NCBI RefSeq assembly: GCF_000150275.1
Contig: NW_002060972.1
Location: 438,500-502,499, forward strand
Source: Trichoplax adhaerens
Taxonomy: Eukaryota > Animalia > Placozoa
DNA: 64,000 nt
Direction: 5' to 3'
The notes under the pieces are model-generated. The model was not told the origin of the DNA. It saw only the letters and a list, made by a program, of their open reading frames with translations, and searched no databases. Position 1 is the first letter of the stretch; the number at the start of each line of letters is the position of its first letter. Below are positions 27,001 to 41,000 of the stretch, in pieces. Both the position numbers and the translations under genes were made by a program.

Positions 27001-30000
27001 GAAACACTATTTGACTTTGTCATTTGAATTGAATCAATTTATGCATATGGAACAGCAAAAAGCAACTATTACTAAATTTTATTTTTGAGCGATAGCGACG
27101 ATAAACCAGATACTTTTGGCTAACCGAATTAGTCTCGATAATAATTATGATTTTGGGCAGGTGCTAATATGTAGACTGAGTAATTAAATTCAATTTATTT
27201 TAGCAAATCAATAATTTAACGCAGAATTATAACGTTATACTTTTGTCTTCGTTATTTCCGACTAAATCATATGGTCATATAAAGTATCTATATGAGTAAA
27301 GATATCGCTTGTTTTCGCGTTTTAGCTATAGATCTATGGTGATTTATTTAATGCTGTATCGTAAATTAAATTGATCGACATCATCTTAATTTAAAGGAAG
27401 CTGTTCTCAGACCAATTTAATCAATATATTTGGGTTTACGATTAATTTTATAGATGAACAAGATTTCAACTCTCGATTATTTTTAATGCACAAAAATATT
27501 CCAAAGTTTGGAATTAGTACACTGATTTGTGATGTCGTATCGTGTACACAAGTATTTTTAAAGTTTAATTGCAGATCAGCTTCAATTAGTAAATTAATTA
27601 GCTTGCTTGTCAAGTGTAGTTTTATTAAGAATAATGCATGAATGTTTTTTGGTTCATTGATGTCATAAATAACAAAATAAACTAATATCAGTTGTTGATG
27701 ATATTCAATTTTAAACAAGTTAACGATTTAATATTTTTTAAAGTAACAGCATGTTATTGTAATTGTATGCTCAATCATGTATGTATAATATAGAAATTAT
27801 TTCAATTTTCAGATCATAACTGACTTGTTTTTAACTTATCCATTATTGCCTGATAACAAAGTGTCAATAAAATTAACTTTTCTATTAGATTAGAATGGAG
27901 TGTTATGTAAAATTAATTTAAAATAAGATTAGTTATTAATTTATTAAAATTGGAGTGCAATATACATAATAATTCATAATTAATCCAATATGGGATACTA
28001 ATCTATTTTTAGACATGCTGTTTGCGCATTTTTAATTAGCCGATCACGACAGAAAAGATTCATAGAAGCACAAAAGTTGATAATAAATGGAATAAGTTAT
28101 AATGGAGTCTTGACGGTATTCAACTCTAAGCTCTTTAAATGATTTAATATTTACTAGAATTGGATCGATACTATAATTGCATCGTGTTTTTGATCAGATT
28201 TTAAAATAATTTTACTTGTAATTGGATAATGGTAATAATTGCATAATTTTTGACAAATCAAGTATGAAATAGGTTACAAATTGAGAGTGATAACTTCTTA
28301 TTTCAATTAAATCGATACCAACATGTAGACTATACAGAGTGATATTACTTTCATAGTACAAGAAAAGCGTACAGACGATGTTAGACTTTAAATTGAATAC
28401 AATGCCTCAATTCTGTAATAGAACTGAATTGTCCTCACTACTATTTATCAAGGGAAAGAGATGTAGGATAATTTCCAATTTTAGAGTTGTAACTATTCTT
28501 TTAATAAACTGACAACAACTAAAGAGATATATCTGGGTGGATGAAGTACTATACACTCCTGCATGATAAACTTTCACTTTGAACACAGTAATTTGAGTAT
28601 TGTCGATTTTATGACCTAATTTGTAAAGTGATGTATTAATAATAATTCCAATCAATATTACTGATCGTCGAATAGAAGAAAAGTTCGTAGCCATATATAC
28701 CTTTCCTTTTACGATATTCGTAGCAGCTCACCAATAATTAATAAAATAGAAGGTGTATAAAGTATTGTTATGATTATTATTATTAACGGGCAGTTTACAA
28801 TTAGTTCGAGAATAAATGAACAAAATTGATTAATTGATGCAATTAAAATGATAAGAATAAAGCAATAAGCGCTACCTACTTATATGCAAGGTTCTACTTT
28901 GAAAATAAAGTGTTGTTTCTATTATAAGACATGGTGAATGATTTAATATTGACGTAACGAAGGAGCTGCAATTTGAACGCATGATTAATGAAGCATTGAA
29001 TCAAAACCTAATTCTTTGGTCATGGTTCTTGATCAGAATCGTACATCATTTCATTTCAAACAAAAAACTAAGTACTCTATGATCAAAAATCCCATCCAAT
29101 ATTTTCTTGGGGTACGCTTATATCGTAAAGTTAGTCGAGGTAGCAGAACAAAAATCAATTTCGTGGTCATTATGACTGGTATTCAAGCAAAGATTAACTG
29201 AATATAAATGTTTTTGCTAAATTTTTACATAAAAAACAAAGGGATGTGACGGACGTAAATCCTTGAAAGTGATTTGCGTCTAAAATATTGATATCTTGTC
29301 TCCAATTGTAGTTCTCGTGCTAGAGAAATATGTTTGAGGAAGATAAATTATAAAATTTGGATTACAGATGTCATTAGTCTTTATGGAGTTGGGTAAATAA
29401 TAATCATTCTTATCTATGAAAGCGTAAATTGTATAAAAGTCGCTATTTACGGAATTAATTAAAGTTGATGTACGATCTACATGGCCTAATAAAAATACGC
29501 AACGATGTCAAACGATCCATCAATCAATCTATCGATCAATCAATCAACCTATAGTAAGGATTATTTGATTTAAAGTAAATTATAAATGGCATTGGTCTCA
29601 AATCAACGTTTTAAAGTATTAATAATGATGTTATTGATAAGATTAATGACATCTTCCAATAAATTTTGTGTTTGATTGTATTTTTCTTCAATTTCATGCA
29701 CGAGATAAAGTGTCCTTCCACATGATTGAAACTGTCAGTCAATTTAGATGGTTATTTGCAAATAGCAATAACAGAAATAGCAAGATAAAGTGATTTTTTC
29801 AGTGACTGTGCAAATTGAATAAACAAATTAATTTGTTAGCAATTCTAAAGTTAACATTAATAATAACTGCCAGGCCCGGTTGTCTCTTGATATCGGCTAA
29901 GTTTACGGCTATTCTTTATTAATAACTACTATCATGACAAGTATGCTACTCATTCTACTAGGAGGACGTGACTGTTAACCTACAATCCAAGTCATTTTCA

Positions 30001-33000
30001 TTGAATAGTGAAGATATAGTTATTATCGCTGGAAACTATGAACTTGCTAACTAAATTAGTACGATACAGCTATCGTTATGAAGTAACTTTTATGTCTTAC
30101 ATTTTCTATGATATTGTCACATAATGTATTAATTGGATTGAATAAATAGCGGAAAAATATTATTAATATTATACTTACAAAATACGTTCAGATCAACAAC
30201 CATTGTCCTTTCTTAGCGTTAACAGCTTAAATTGAGAAATTGATTTTTAAGAAATTAAACACTACAATATCTTTATCTATTAATGATTGTTTAGGAAATT
30301 GAAAACTTAAATGAATAGTTGATTAAATAATCTGGGATACAACGATGAGAGAATTAAAGAGTAGGTTAGTAATGCTATTGTTAATGACGAATTTAGTTTA
30401 CGGTGCCTTTTATGCTATTTCCACTGGATACCATTTTATAAGGAATATTCTTCCTACCAAAGGTTATTACTGCAAGCTGTCAATGAAAAGTTTATGGCAA
30501 TGATTTCTACTTGCTATTTAGTTAAAGAGTTGCTTAAGGCTTTTTGCATCGCAATACATTGATTTATCTTTAAAAACTCGAAAACAAAGCTTAAAATCCG
30601 CTTTTTTACCTTCTGATCTACTTAAAGTAAAGTAATGCAGCTTCTATATTCAGTTATGGTCTATTTCACAATGTTTTTCATTCAAAATTCACTTAAAATT
30701 TCCATTATTTCTTATTTAATTAAAGACCAGGGCGCGAATTGTTTAATCATGAATATATTACATCGCAGATCGTCAATCAAAATTATAATTACAATAAGGC
30801 TCGAGAAATTAATAATTTGCATCAAGTTTGGCAGTATTTTTTATTTAAGGTATCAATAATCTGTTCATAAACAATGCTTAAATGGTTTCTTTTTTCATCA
30901 GTTTATACATTGAAACTGTAGAATGTTGCAGCCATTCACTTTCACTTCATTTCCTTCTCTATCAACAATCAATTGAAATACTAAATACTGCTTTTGATGC
31001 CAAAGGTATTAAGCGATCCATGAGCTTGAATGACTTAATTGCATGAATCCAACACTGTATTTTAAAAAACTGAGTTATAGTAACCACAAAAAAGGAATTG
31101 GCGGTCAAGAAGGCCTCAAATAGTGATTATGAATTTCGTACCCAATGAAAGCAGTGAATTAAAATGTCAATATTCAATTTTCCTATACAATCTAAGTGGT
31201 TGGTTTCATTATGAACACTTAAAGCATTCATGAATGAATTGTCTTACTGTAATTGAATTTTATTTGTCTATTCATCGTGCCTTAGTATCTTTGAAAAGTT
31301 ATTAGCCAATATGTAGTCACTACATAATGAATGGTCTTGATCACAATTGTTAATTAAGTGATGATAAATTATTATAGATGTCAATAAAATGTGATAATAG
31401 TCTTAGATTGATTAAACATACGATTGTGATGGATCATTGGTTTACATTGATGTGTCGAAAATTACTCATTCCCACAATTTTCATGCAATTTGTACACTTT
31501 TTGCTGTATTATCAATTCTAATCCACATGACCATTAAAGAGTGACTAGCTATAGGCAAGCTAATCTATTTAATTTCAGACATAATAAATTTCCTTCGTAC
31601 CGAATATTCGGCCCGAATCTGCCGAAACTATTTGAAATGCCTTATTAAATAGATTGTTTTCCTAATTGTAAAATATACTTGCTGGACAAACAGTGAAAAA
31701 GATTTTAATAATTTATTAATGTAATTTTTTGCTATGCAATTTTTAAAACTTTGGCAAAAGTAATACTATCTAGTAAATTGCAAGCTGCACTTGGTAATGC
31801 CAAGTTGATGTTTATTTCCTTAGATTAATAATAGCTATTTTAATAATGTCAGATCGCTCAGTTTATTCATCCTTCTTATCTTTTACTCTTATCAAAGTTT
31901 AGCAGGTGTTTTCTTTATAACATTAGATTGCTTAGTCTGAATTTAATGAACTAATTACTGATTAATAAAGAGTTAACGGTTGTTCAAGTAGTTACTTGCA
32001 AGTAATCAATTCGTAACTCAGCATATTGTATCCTTAGAAGCATAAATTATGTTTATGAAGTATTTTCTACTGTCGTATAGCTTAGTCTTTAGAATCTTTT
32101 TCATGAAAATAAAATTATGAATTATTTCTATAAAAATATTGCTTAGTAATTTTACCAATTAATTACGGATATTTACGATACCAGGAGTAAAATCATTAAA
32201 ATTGTTTAGAATGATTGATTAGCAAATTGTATTTGATACCTGACTATTCTAGGATTACGCAGCAACATCAGTTAGAGATTAAAATGCATGACAATATTGT
32301 TTAGAAAAAATTTTCACATTGCAGGAATGATTTAATATGGAAAGGTAAGAATAGGCTACTAACACAATAGAATAAGCGGAACAGTATAATATTGGTACTT
32401 ACGTAAACGTTACTACTGTCTTACAAATTCTCCTTGTTCTATTCCGATTGCGTGATATCTACCTTAGAATAAAATTACTGTCTACGCTGATATGCAATCA
32501 TCGTGAATTGTTATCCAATTACTTCCTTTAATATAGACGTCATCAAGTTATTTAATGGTTAACAGTCATAGGTAAGTTTTATGTTCTGCGATTATGAATA
32601 TGATTTCCAGCGGATATAATTATCGCATACATTATAGATAATATTGACAATAATGTATTGCCCAGTTTTAGCATGGCTGATTCATTAATACTTCAACGTT
32701 TGGAAAAGGCATTTTTATTTAAACCATATTAAGTGAGCAGTATTGAATAATCTTTTCTACGTTTTCTGAATGACATAGAATGAGAGCGCTATAATAAAAG
32801 TTTGCTTCGAATAAGATTAAATGACTTCGAACTGATTAATTCAAAAATAATTTGATATACTTAATTAAATAAGGAGAGCAAGGGATTCAAGCCTCACATA
32901 ACTATTTTTAAAAGTAAGGCACTAAATGCATAAGATTAGAATTAAAATTTGCACTTTCTATAAGGTATATGAGATCTTTCAAGCTCCGCATGTTTCTTGG

Positions 33001-33994
33001 TGGTACGCATTCAATCTATATTAAATTATGGTTATTCGCTTCTTAACATTGCAAACACCATAAAAATTTATGTATTCTTATAGTTAATATAATATTTAAT
33101 GGTTTCTCTTCCATAGAATATGAGATGTAGCGAGAAGTATAATTTCTTGTTAGCATAGGATGATTTAAAGGCTAGAAAGTAGTTCAAAAATTACTATATT
33201 AGGCTGTTTTTTTTTAATTCTGTCTACTCTATTAGTTCACTAAATAATAACCATTTCCATTAAACTACGCCAACTTCGCTATCAGTTATCAGTTTACTTG
33301 TATAAACTTTTCATAATAGTTCCTAATGTAAGCCTATTCATGGCTGGCTAGCAAACAGCTTTAATAATTTTACATAAGCTTAAAAATGTGCCTAAAGCAA
33401 TGATTTTGGTAACACGGAAACTCTTTCTTTACAGGTCTAAATACCAAATGGAGTATGAATTTACTTGGGAGATGAAATTGCTTAGTATTGATGTTGCATA
33501 TGGAATAATTATAATTCTGCATGCCATCATAGTATAATGTTCCACTTATCATTGATTGAATGCGCTACTTCTACTAGATTGCTAATGAAATATCAGCAAG
33601 TAAGCAGCAAAAAACTTTTATGGCTCAAAATACGCCGCCAAAGTTTCTTTCAAACATCTTCTCGTTATATTTTCTAATAAAGTTTCATCAAATATCGATC
33701 AAACCTGATGTTATAAATATTCCTTATTGAATACGGCACACCAACGATTATTACACAATAATACTTCATGGGAATGTTTCTGTACTTTTTATTTAATTCA
33801 TACTGCTATAAAATTTTAGTTCTTTCTGTCACTCATGTTTTTGAATCGTGAAATTACAGCATCTTGTACACAATGTTACTATTCCGAAATATAGATACTA
33901 AATTGCTAAAGATGCTTGTTATGCGCTAATATCTGCAAATTATTAATATGCTCGATTACTTGTCACATAATTTTCAAGTCTGACATTTAAAGGC

Positions 33995-34020
33995 AGCAGT
34001 AATAGTATACTATTACTGCT
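33995..34020. repeat. Perfect 26-bp palindrome AGCAGTAATAGTATACTATTACTGCT
   Basis: The 13-bp arms are exact reverse complements with no spacer. Confidence 0.9.
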
Positions 34021-37000
34021 TTAAATTGTTAGCCTGATTACTACTTTCTAATTTATAGCATGTCGTAACTTATTAAGTATCTTTCAAAAGCTGTCTACAT
34101 CACAATTAGAATGATGCTGGGCAATTAAGTATCATAAAAATTACTTACACCACATTGGTAGAGCTTAGCATATCTTAAGGTAATAAGTAGAGTTTACTAT
34201 TTCTACTCTTGTTTAAAGCAGCGTTTTCAGTTGTCTTCTAGAATTCAAAGATCACGTAACGTTAGAATATCAGCTATACAAGATTGCTGAATACAAGAAG
34301 ATTTCGAGTTCAATAAGATGTATGCAATTAGATTTTAAAGTTCATAGAATACATTAACCTTATTTTTTTACATGAGAGTGAGTTAATGATTCGGTTAAAA
34401 TAAAATTTGATACCAAAATAATTTACTCTTGCAAGACATTCAATTTATTTTTCCGTGGACTATGATCTTATCAGTTTTTGTACAAAATCGACAAAAATGA
34501 AGATCTGGGAAAGTCGTATAATGAATAATTTTATTTTATTGTTATTTTCAAAAGTAAAGCTAGTGGCTTAGCATTTATTTGCTTGCAGCCAAGTGCCGAC
34601 GTCAGAATAGATTTTACATTTTACCCTAGAAAATCATAATAAAGACTTTACTAGAATCTGTAGCTATATTACATAAAAGACATAAGCTTTTAAAAAGCAA
34701 ATATGATGGATAAAAGCAAAGATCCAAAAAAAGGCGAATGAAAAATTTTTTAAATAATGAGAACTTGTTTATCCCTTGTTTAACCTACGCAAAAATTTTT
34801 AGACATAAATCAAGAATAACAATAGAACATAGAAATATTTTTCATAATTGTTTAAAGAATGAAATGTTTTCTTAATGACCCACTGCTAATCTAAATGTAT
34901 CTCATTCTTAAAAATAATCGTCATGTAAAATTTGTATCAATTCGTAAGTAACTTTTATTCGTCACAGAAAGCGAGAATTTTCAGTTTACTGAAAGCATTT
35001 AAGCCTGAAGCACATTCAGAAATGTAGAATTCTTAACAAGTAGCAATCTCTCGGTTGGATACTTCTACACAAGGCAGAGGCTATTCCTAAAGGAATAATA
35101 GTATATATGCTTTTGGAATAATAGGCCAACTGCCGAAAGTAGAATTAATAAGCAAACATAATTAGGCGAGGTGTGTCATGGGTTTAAATACAGACATGAG
35201 TCCCTGGGGTGCTAGTGCTAACAGAATAATCCCAAATTATTTGGCTAGGATGAGAAACGATACGTATACAAGGTTACTAATCTTGCACCTAAGGATGCCC
35301 AAACAGTTTCTAGTAAGAGAAAAAATATGTCGTGTAGCTGCTTATATTTTCGACTGGAGAAAGGATTGTTTTGTTGATACAATATTTTCAATAAACATAT
35401 CTACCACCTATACAATCATATCTGTATTAAATGTTCCTCATTTATCTACTAAAATCGTGCAGATCTATAATATTAAAATTAGCTGTTATTCAGATTGAGA
35501 AATTTAAATATTTTCACCATATGATAGACTGTCTACCACTATGCATGCATTCTTATTCTCTAAAGAAATATGGTCTTAGATGATTGTGCTCGCTGCAAGT
35601 ACTAATGCTTAACTTTAAATACGTCATGTCTTACAGAAGCTTATTCGTAACATATTTTAACTTTTGCTTAAGATTTTATCCTTTCACTCGATACGGAGAC
35701 TTGCCGTAGTTCATGCTTGTAGTAATCAAATCGTGCATTTTATGGTGTGATTGAAAATCATGTCATCTGATAATGCCAGGTCAGTAGTCAAATTTAAATG
35801 TTATTTACTCAATCCAATCTGCCTTCGCGATTATTATAAGTACATGTGCATTAGCTTTTATTTTATTTTAAAAGACTGCAAGGTAGCTGCTACGCATATA
35901 GGTGGAGCTAAGCAAGCAATTCTTACAGTCTTCTTTATGACAGTCTATCGATGTTCAAACCTTTCACCATATGTTGTAGGTTAGGTATAATTTGAAGAGG
36001 GTGTTGGAGATGACAGCAATATGATTGCTTAAAAATAACTCAGTATGGGGTAACTATCACTTGAAAGAGTGGCATTGGACAAACTAAAACCAGCATAGAA
36101 ACAGACGACAGGGTTGATCTGCAATTAAAACTTCATGACTTTTAACTATTTTATTATACTAGCCTGATCTTGCCAAACAACGCTATTGGAATGTCAAGGT
36201 CAATATAATTGCTATAGTCTGACATTAATAAATTATAATGACTCTACCAGAAAGTTCCTATTATTTTAAGTTACCAACGAGTAGTCTAGCCCTAATTTAT
36301 AAGAACTCCGAGTCTCTATTCTAGTTTTTGTCTCCTTTACATTCTGGTCAACTGTTACTAAAAACAAAAAATATGTTTCTGTTAGTCAGTAACGTCACGC
36401 TAGTAATTAATAAACTTATAGTGGTAGTCATAAAGTTGCATCGACAATAATACATATTAACATATCAAATGATTGAATATAACATCGATCAACAGCAAGC
36501 TAGGAATAAATGTGATTATAATCGCAATCTAAGACTAACGTCAATATAACGTATAATAAAATCAAGAGCATGAACATAATATGCACGCCAACGTGCTGTA
36601 AGACTTAAAAAAAATCAGACTATATCGTAATCTTTCGAAGCACCAATATCGCATTAAATTGTATTATATTTTAGACATAATGAGGATCCATTTAGAATAT
36701 ATTATTAAATCAGTATCTCAATGTCAATTTTACTAGTAATAAATGATGCGATCGTTAGCATTCTCGTTAATGCTCAATAAATAAACGCTACTTTCGTAAA
36801 CCGTCAGTTGTAATATCTCATGGAAGGTAGCAAGGTAGCTTTAACAGAACTAGAGTAAATTCGGCTACTTTAATCTATCTGCATTCTTTTAATTTACTTT
36901 ATTCGCATTTTTTTTAAAGTAAAGCTACTATAATGAGCTTATGATACTGCAGATAATAGATGGCATTAGCGTCAGCTTAACTTGAAACCGAATGGGGTCT

Positions 37001-38064
37001 TTCCAGGAATAATTATCGTCCTTTTTGTCATCTCATGAAATCTTCACTTATAAAGCGAGTAATGGCTCATTTTTTATTTAATATCATATTCATATTTTGC
37101 GACATTCATTATTAATTGGATAAGTATTTTACCAACCAGAACATCAGAGATGGATTGTTAATTATCATTTATTCATTCCGTAATTAGATTGAAAGTTTTA
37201 GGCGTGTCTTAAAGCATACCAGTTGGCTCGTCCGAAGAAAAAATTTCTATTCTTAATTATTATTTCGTCATAACTACTAGTAAAGACTTGATTTTAGCCC
37301 CATTATATCAGTAGCTATAATAAAATATTTTATTACTGATATCTATCAAAATCTTATATTTAGCGGTATAAAATCAATTCATTAGCTACAATTCATTCGA
37401 ATATAGCTGCGACGATGAACTAGAAAAGTGCATCTTTAATATTCTTATCAGTAGCGTTTTAAATTCTCTTCAGCATAGCTTAACTGTTTCTAAATTCGTA
37501 ACTTTCGCTTCATATCTAGACAAAATGTGTATTTAAGCGTAGCCTACCAATAATGTATCTGTTATATGTTGCTAATGTCTGTCTAGATTTAAGTTTTATT
37601 CCGTGATTTTGATTGATTGAATTAATTGCACCGTCTGTCACAGATGTATGCCGCTAATTCAAATAAACAGGTTTAGGCATTATTATCAAATCCCCATGTC
37701 TCCCAGGTATATCCTTGAATAATTATCTAAAGTACCACACCTCCTTATCGAGATTGTAGTAGTACTTGGAGGATTAATATTGCATATTTATAGTTTGCTT
37801 GTAGTACAACCACAGTCTTAAAATTTGTTGCTACGGAATAAAATCATCATTTAAGAAGACCTCTTGCTGGACATCAAGTTACGGTTAATAACCATAATTG
37901 ATTGGCTGTGGTTGAAATTGAGCATCTTATCAAAGTAGTCATTTGTGGATCTACTGATACATATTTTAAGTGATTAAGAACAGTAAAAGTCAGCAATTGA
38001 CCGATAAAATATCAAATTTACTGGTGGATTTGAATATAATCGTTCCAAACTAAACCACTTCGCC

Positions 38065-41000
38065 ATGGGGATATTAAGTCGTAAACTAGTCATATTTATG
38101 ACTTTATTTGAATTAGTTGCAATTATTCTGTTTGCTGTATTTGTGAGATTTGATAAGGTTGCTTTACCAGGATCGCTCGCAGTATCGATTCCTGGAGTCA
38201 CTTATGCTAGTAAGTATCTTCTAATTTTTGCTTATATAAGACTAATGCAACAGGTATACAATTGAGGATAGTCATCACAAAAAGTTCATACTTAATTAAT
38301 AGTTCATATGGTAGCTGGAATGATGTAATCCAGCTAAATGATACTTTGTGTTGATTTTACCTAGCTGTAAAAATGACATGCTTTCTATTTTCTGTAGGAT
38401 AGAATATACTAAGATAATTATTATACAATTTGTCATGACAATGTCAGGCTGTATTCAAATTTTTTGGTTAAATTATTACTTGATTTGCCTTAAATCATGG
38501 TCTGACTTTAGCTATATCAATTTATAAACCAACTTAAGAACTTAATCAATTTTAGCTATAAGTCATCATATTTAATACTTGATTTGGATTGCAGTGTTTC
38601 AGGATATCCATGTTATGATCTTTATCGGTTTTGGCTTCTTGATGACCTTTTTGAAAAAGTATTCCTTCAGTAGTGTCGGATTCAATTTACTGCTCGCCTC
38701 TTTCGTAATCCAATGGTCGACTCTTATGTTGGGATTTTGTCATCATTGGTCTAATTTTAGTATCATTACCATCAAAACAGAGGAGTAAGTTTATACTTAT
38801 TCGCATACTTTGGAAAAGTATAGTCATTTCTTATGTCTTAAATATGAAAAATGTCAATTTCTGTTACTAGTAAACTGCCTTCAAACCATTAGTAACATGT
38901 CATAGCATAATAAATTAAAATGCATCCATCTACTAGACTAATGGTTCATTGCTACAGTATCTGATACTAAAATCTTTGCCTACGGTAGAATCATCAAAGT
39001 CGTCCCAAACTGAAAAGTACATAATATGGTGTAAAGCAATTAACTGATACTAACAACCATTTAACAAGTGCTTTTATTTAATGCTTCTTGTCGGCTGAAT
39101 CTTACAGTAGATAGTTTACTAGCGTCGTAATTATCGCGTTAATCACATATCCATGGGATATACTACCGTACTGAATATCAATGCTATACTAAGCTAAAAA
39201 TACTATACATTTACTACATTGCACAATCATCTTATTATTTCGTAATGCAAGAATTTTTATACCCTAATCAAGGGCCCTTTTGTTTTCATGTCAATATGCT
39301 GCTTGCTTAGCTGACCAATAGCTTGAATGTCTAGTAGTGGCCTGATTCCCTCCTTTAGCGATGTTCATTTGTTATCATAGTATGTGATCTTTTTCTAGGC
39401 TTACAGCTATAGCTTCATGCTGGTTAATACATTTTAAATATCTCCAAAACCCTATTATACTGTGCATCGGCTTACCTGACTTATTCTATTATAATTATTA
39501 AACTTTAATGCGATTAATTTTCTCAGCTGGATCCCCACCAGCTCTGTCAGTGTCTTTCAAGTAGTCAAAGACGGACATTAATAGTGGATAATGGTAATTC
39601 AGTTGGCTTTGATCAGCTGGAAAATGAGACATTTTAAATGCTGCTGACTAGATAATATTGTACCAAAATCATAATCCCCTTACAAGTTTATTTTTATAAA
39701 ATTTTTTATCACTATCAATATGCAACGGAATCTAAGCATAAATATGATCCAACTCAATTAGGCTTAGTTTGTAATTCTATTTGCCAAATATGACGCAAGC
39801 ATTTATTTATTGTAATAAAAGTGTCATAAAATGTTTGTCTTAGTATAGTAACTTCTATTATTAGATCGTCTATCGTTACTCTTAAAGCGGCTTCAATTAG
39901 TGGATTCGGGTAATAACCATGTTTATTACATTTATTAGAAGGATTACATGTAGATCTAATAGAAGCAGTAAAACTGGTGGCAAACTACTGCCTTAGGGTA
40001 TCTCTAAACTAAATTTTAATCCCTCTCTGTCCATCTCTCTTTATCAAAGAATCTAATCTTGTTTAAATACCAACACGATTTACGTCAATTCCAAATCAAC
40101 ATCTCCTGACACAGCAGGCATCTGTCATCATATTATTAGTACAAATTCGGCTTTCTTCTATTTCGCAATATAAATCATTGATTTGTCATGCTAACTAATT
40201 TAACTCTAAAGTATAATTGTCATCGTAGTATTACTTCAATATGACGACCTTTCAACCAATCAAGTTAGTAATAATGCAAGTATTCAAGTAAATCCACCAT
40301 TACTTCCTCGAAAATTCACATTCTCAAATAATTTCTATAACCACCTATCAGTAGAGATTCTCACATTTTGTCAACATATTTGTCAACATGTCTGATTCTA
40401 ATTAATTCGTCAACAGATTCATTGACCTCACCTTAGATGTGAAATGTCTACACCACACTTTGTCGATATAAAATTAAAAAAGTGATAATTAATTAGAATA
40501 GGAATTGATCTAAAGCATCCTAAGCTCGAAAGAACTAAAGTCTAGTCTACAGTATGCTCATCTTACGGTTCTTAAAAAATTTCTTCTGATCTGTTTAAGG
40601 CAATAAAGTTGCCTACTATCAGACTGGAGTCATCAATTAATCCAATACAAATATTCTACGCCTCAAGGTGTTGTGCACTTTCATAGTTAAAGTACATAAA
40701 GTCACATAGATCTATTTCCCATACTGTACTTAAGTAAATTGCCTATATTATTAATCAATAATTTCTAATATAGTAATTAACAATCATCTAATTGTTTATC
40801 ACCGCGACCATATCTACTATTAGAAACCATTCTATATCAAATGTAGCTATCAAATATAACAAAATATAGGATGCATCACTTCATTACATTAAAAAGTACG
40901 CTCGAATAAAGAACGTAATTGAGTTTTAAAAATTTTCGGAAATAAATTGGGTAATTCCTTTAGCAAGAGACAATTCCAATGATTTTGTTCAGCTAAAGTA

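Noticed and set aside
75-37000. Numerous 60-107 aa ORFs in the ORF track outside the two GPCRs
   Set aside because: They have the I/L/F/K/N/Y-rich composition typical of random AT-rich DNA, often non-ATG starts, and no motifs or consistent splice chains. ORF 12877-13200 is just the tandem array.
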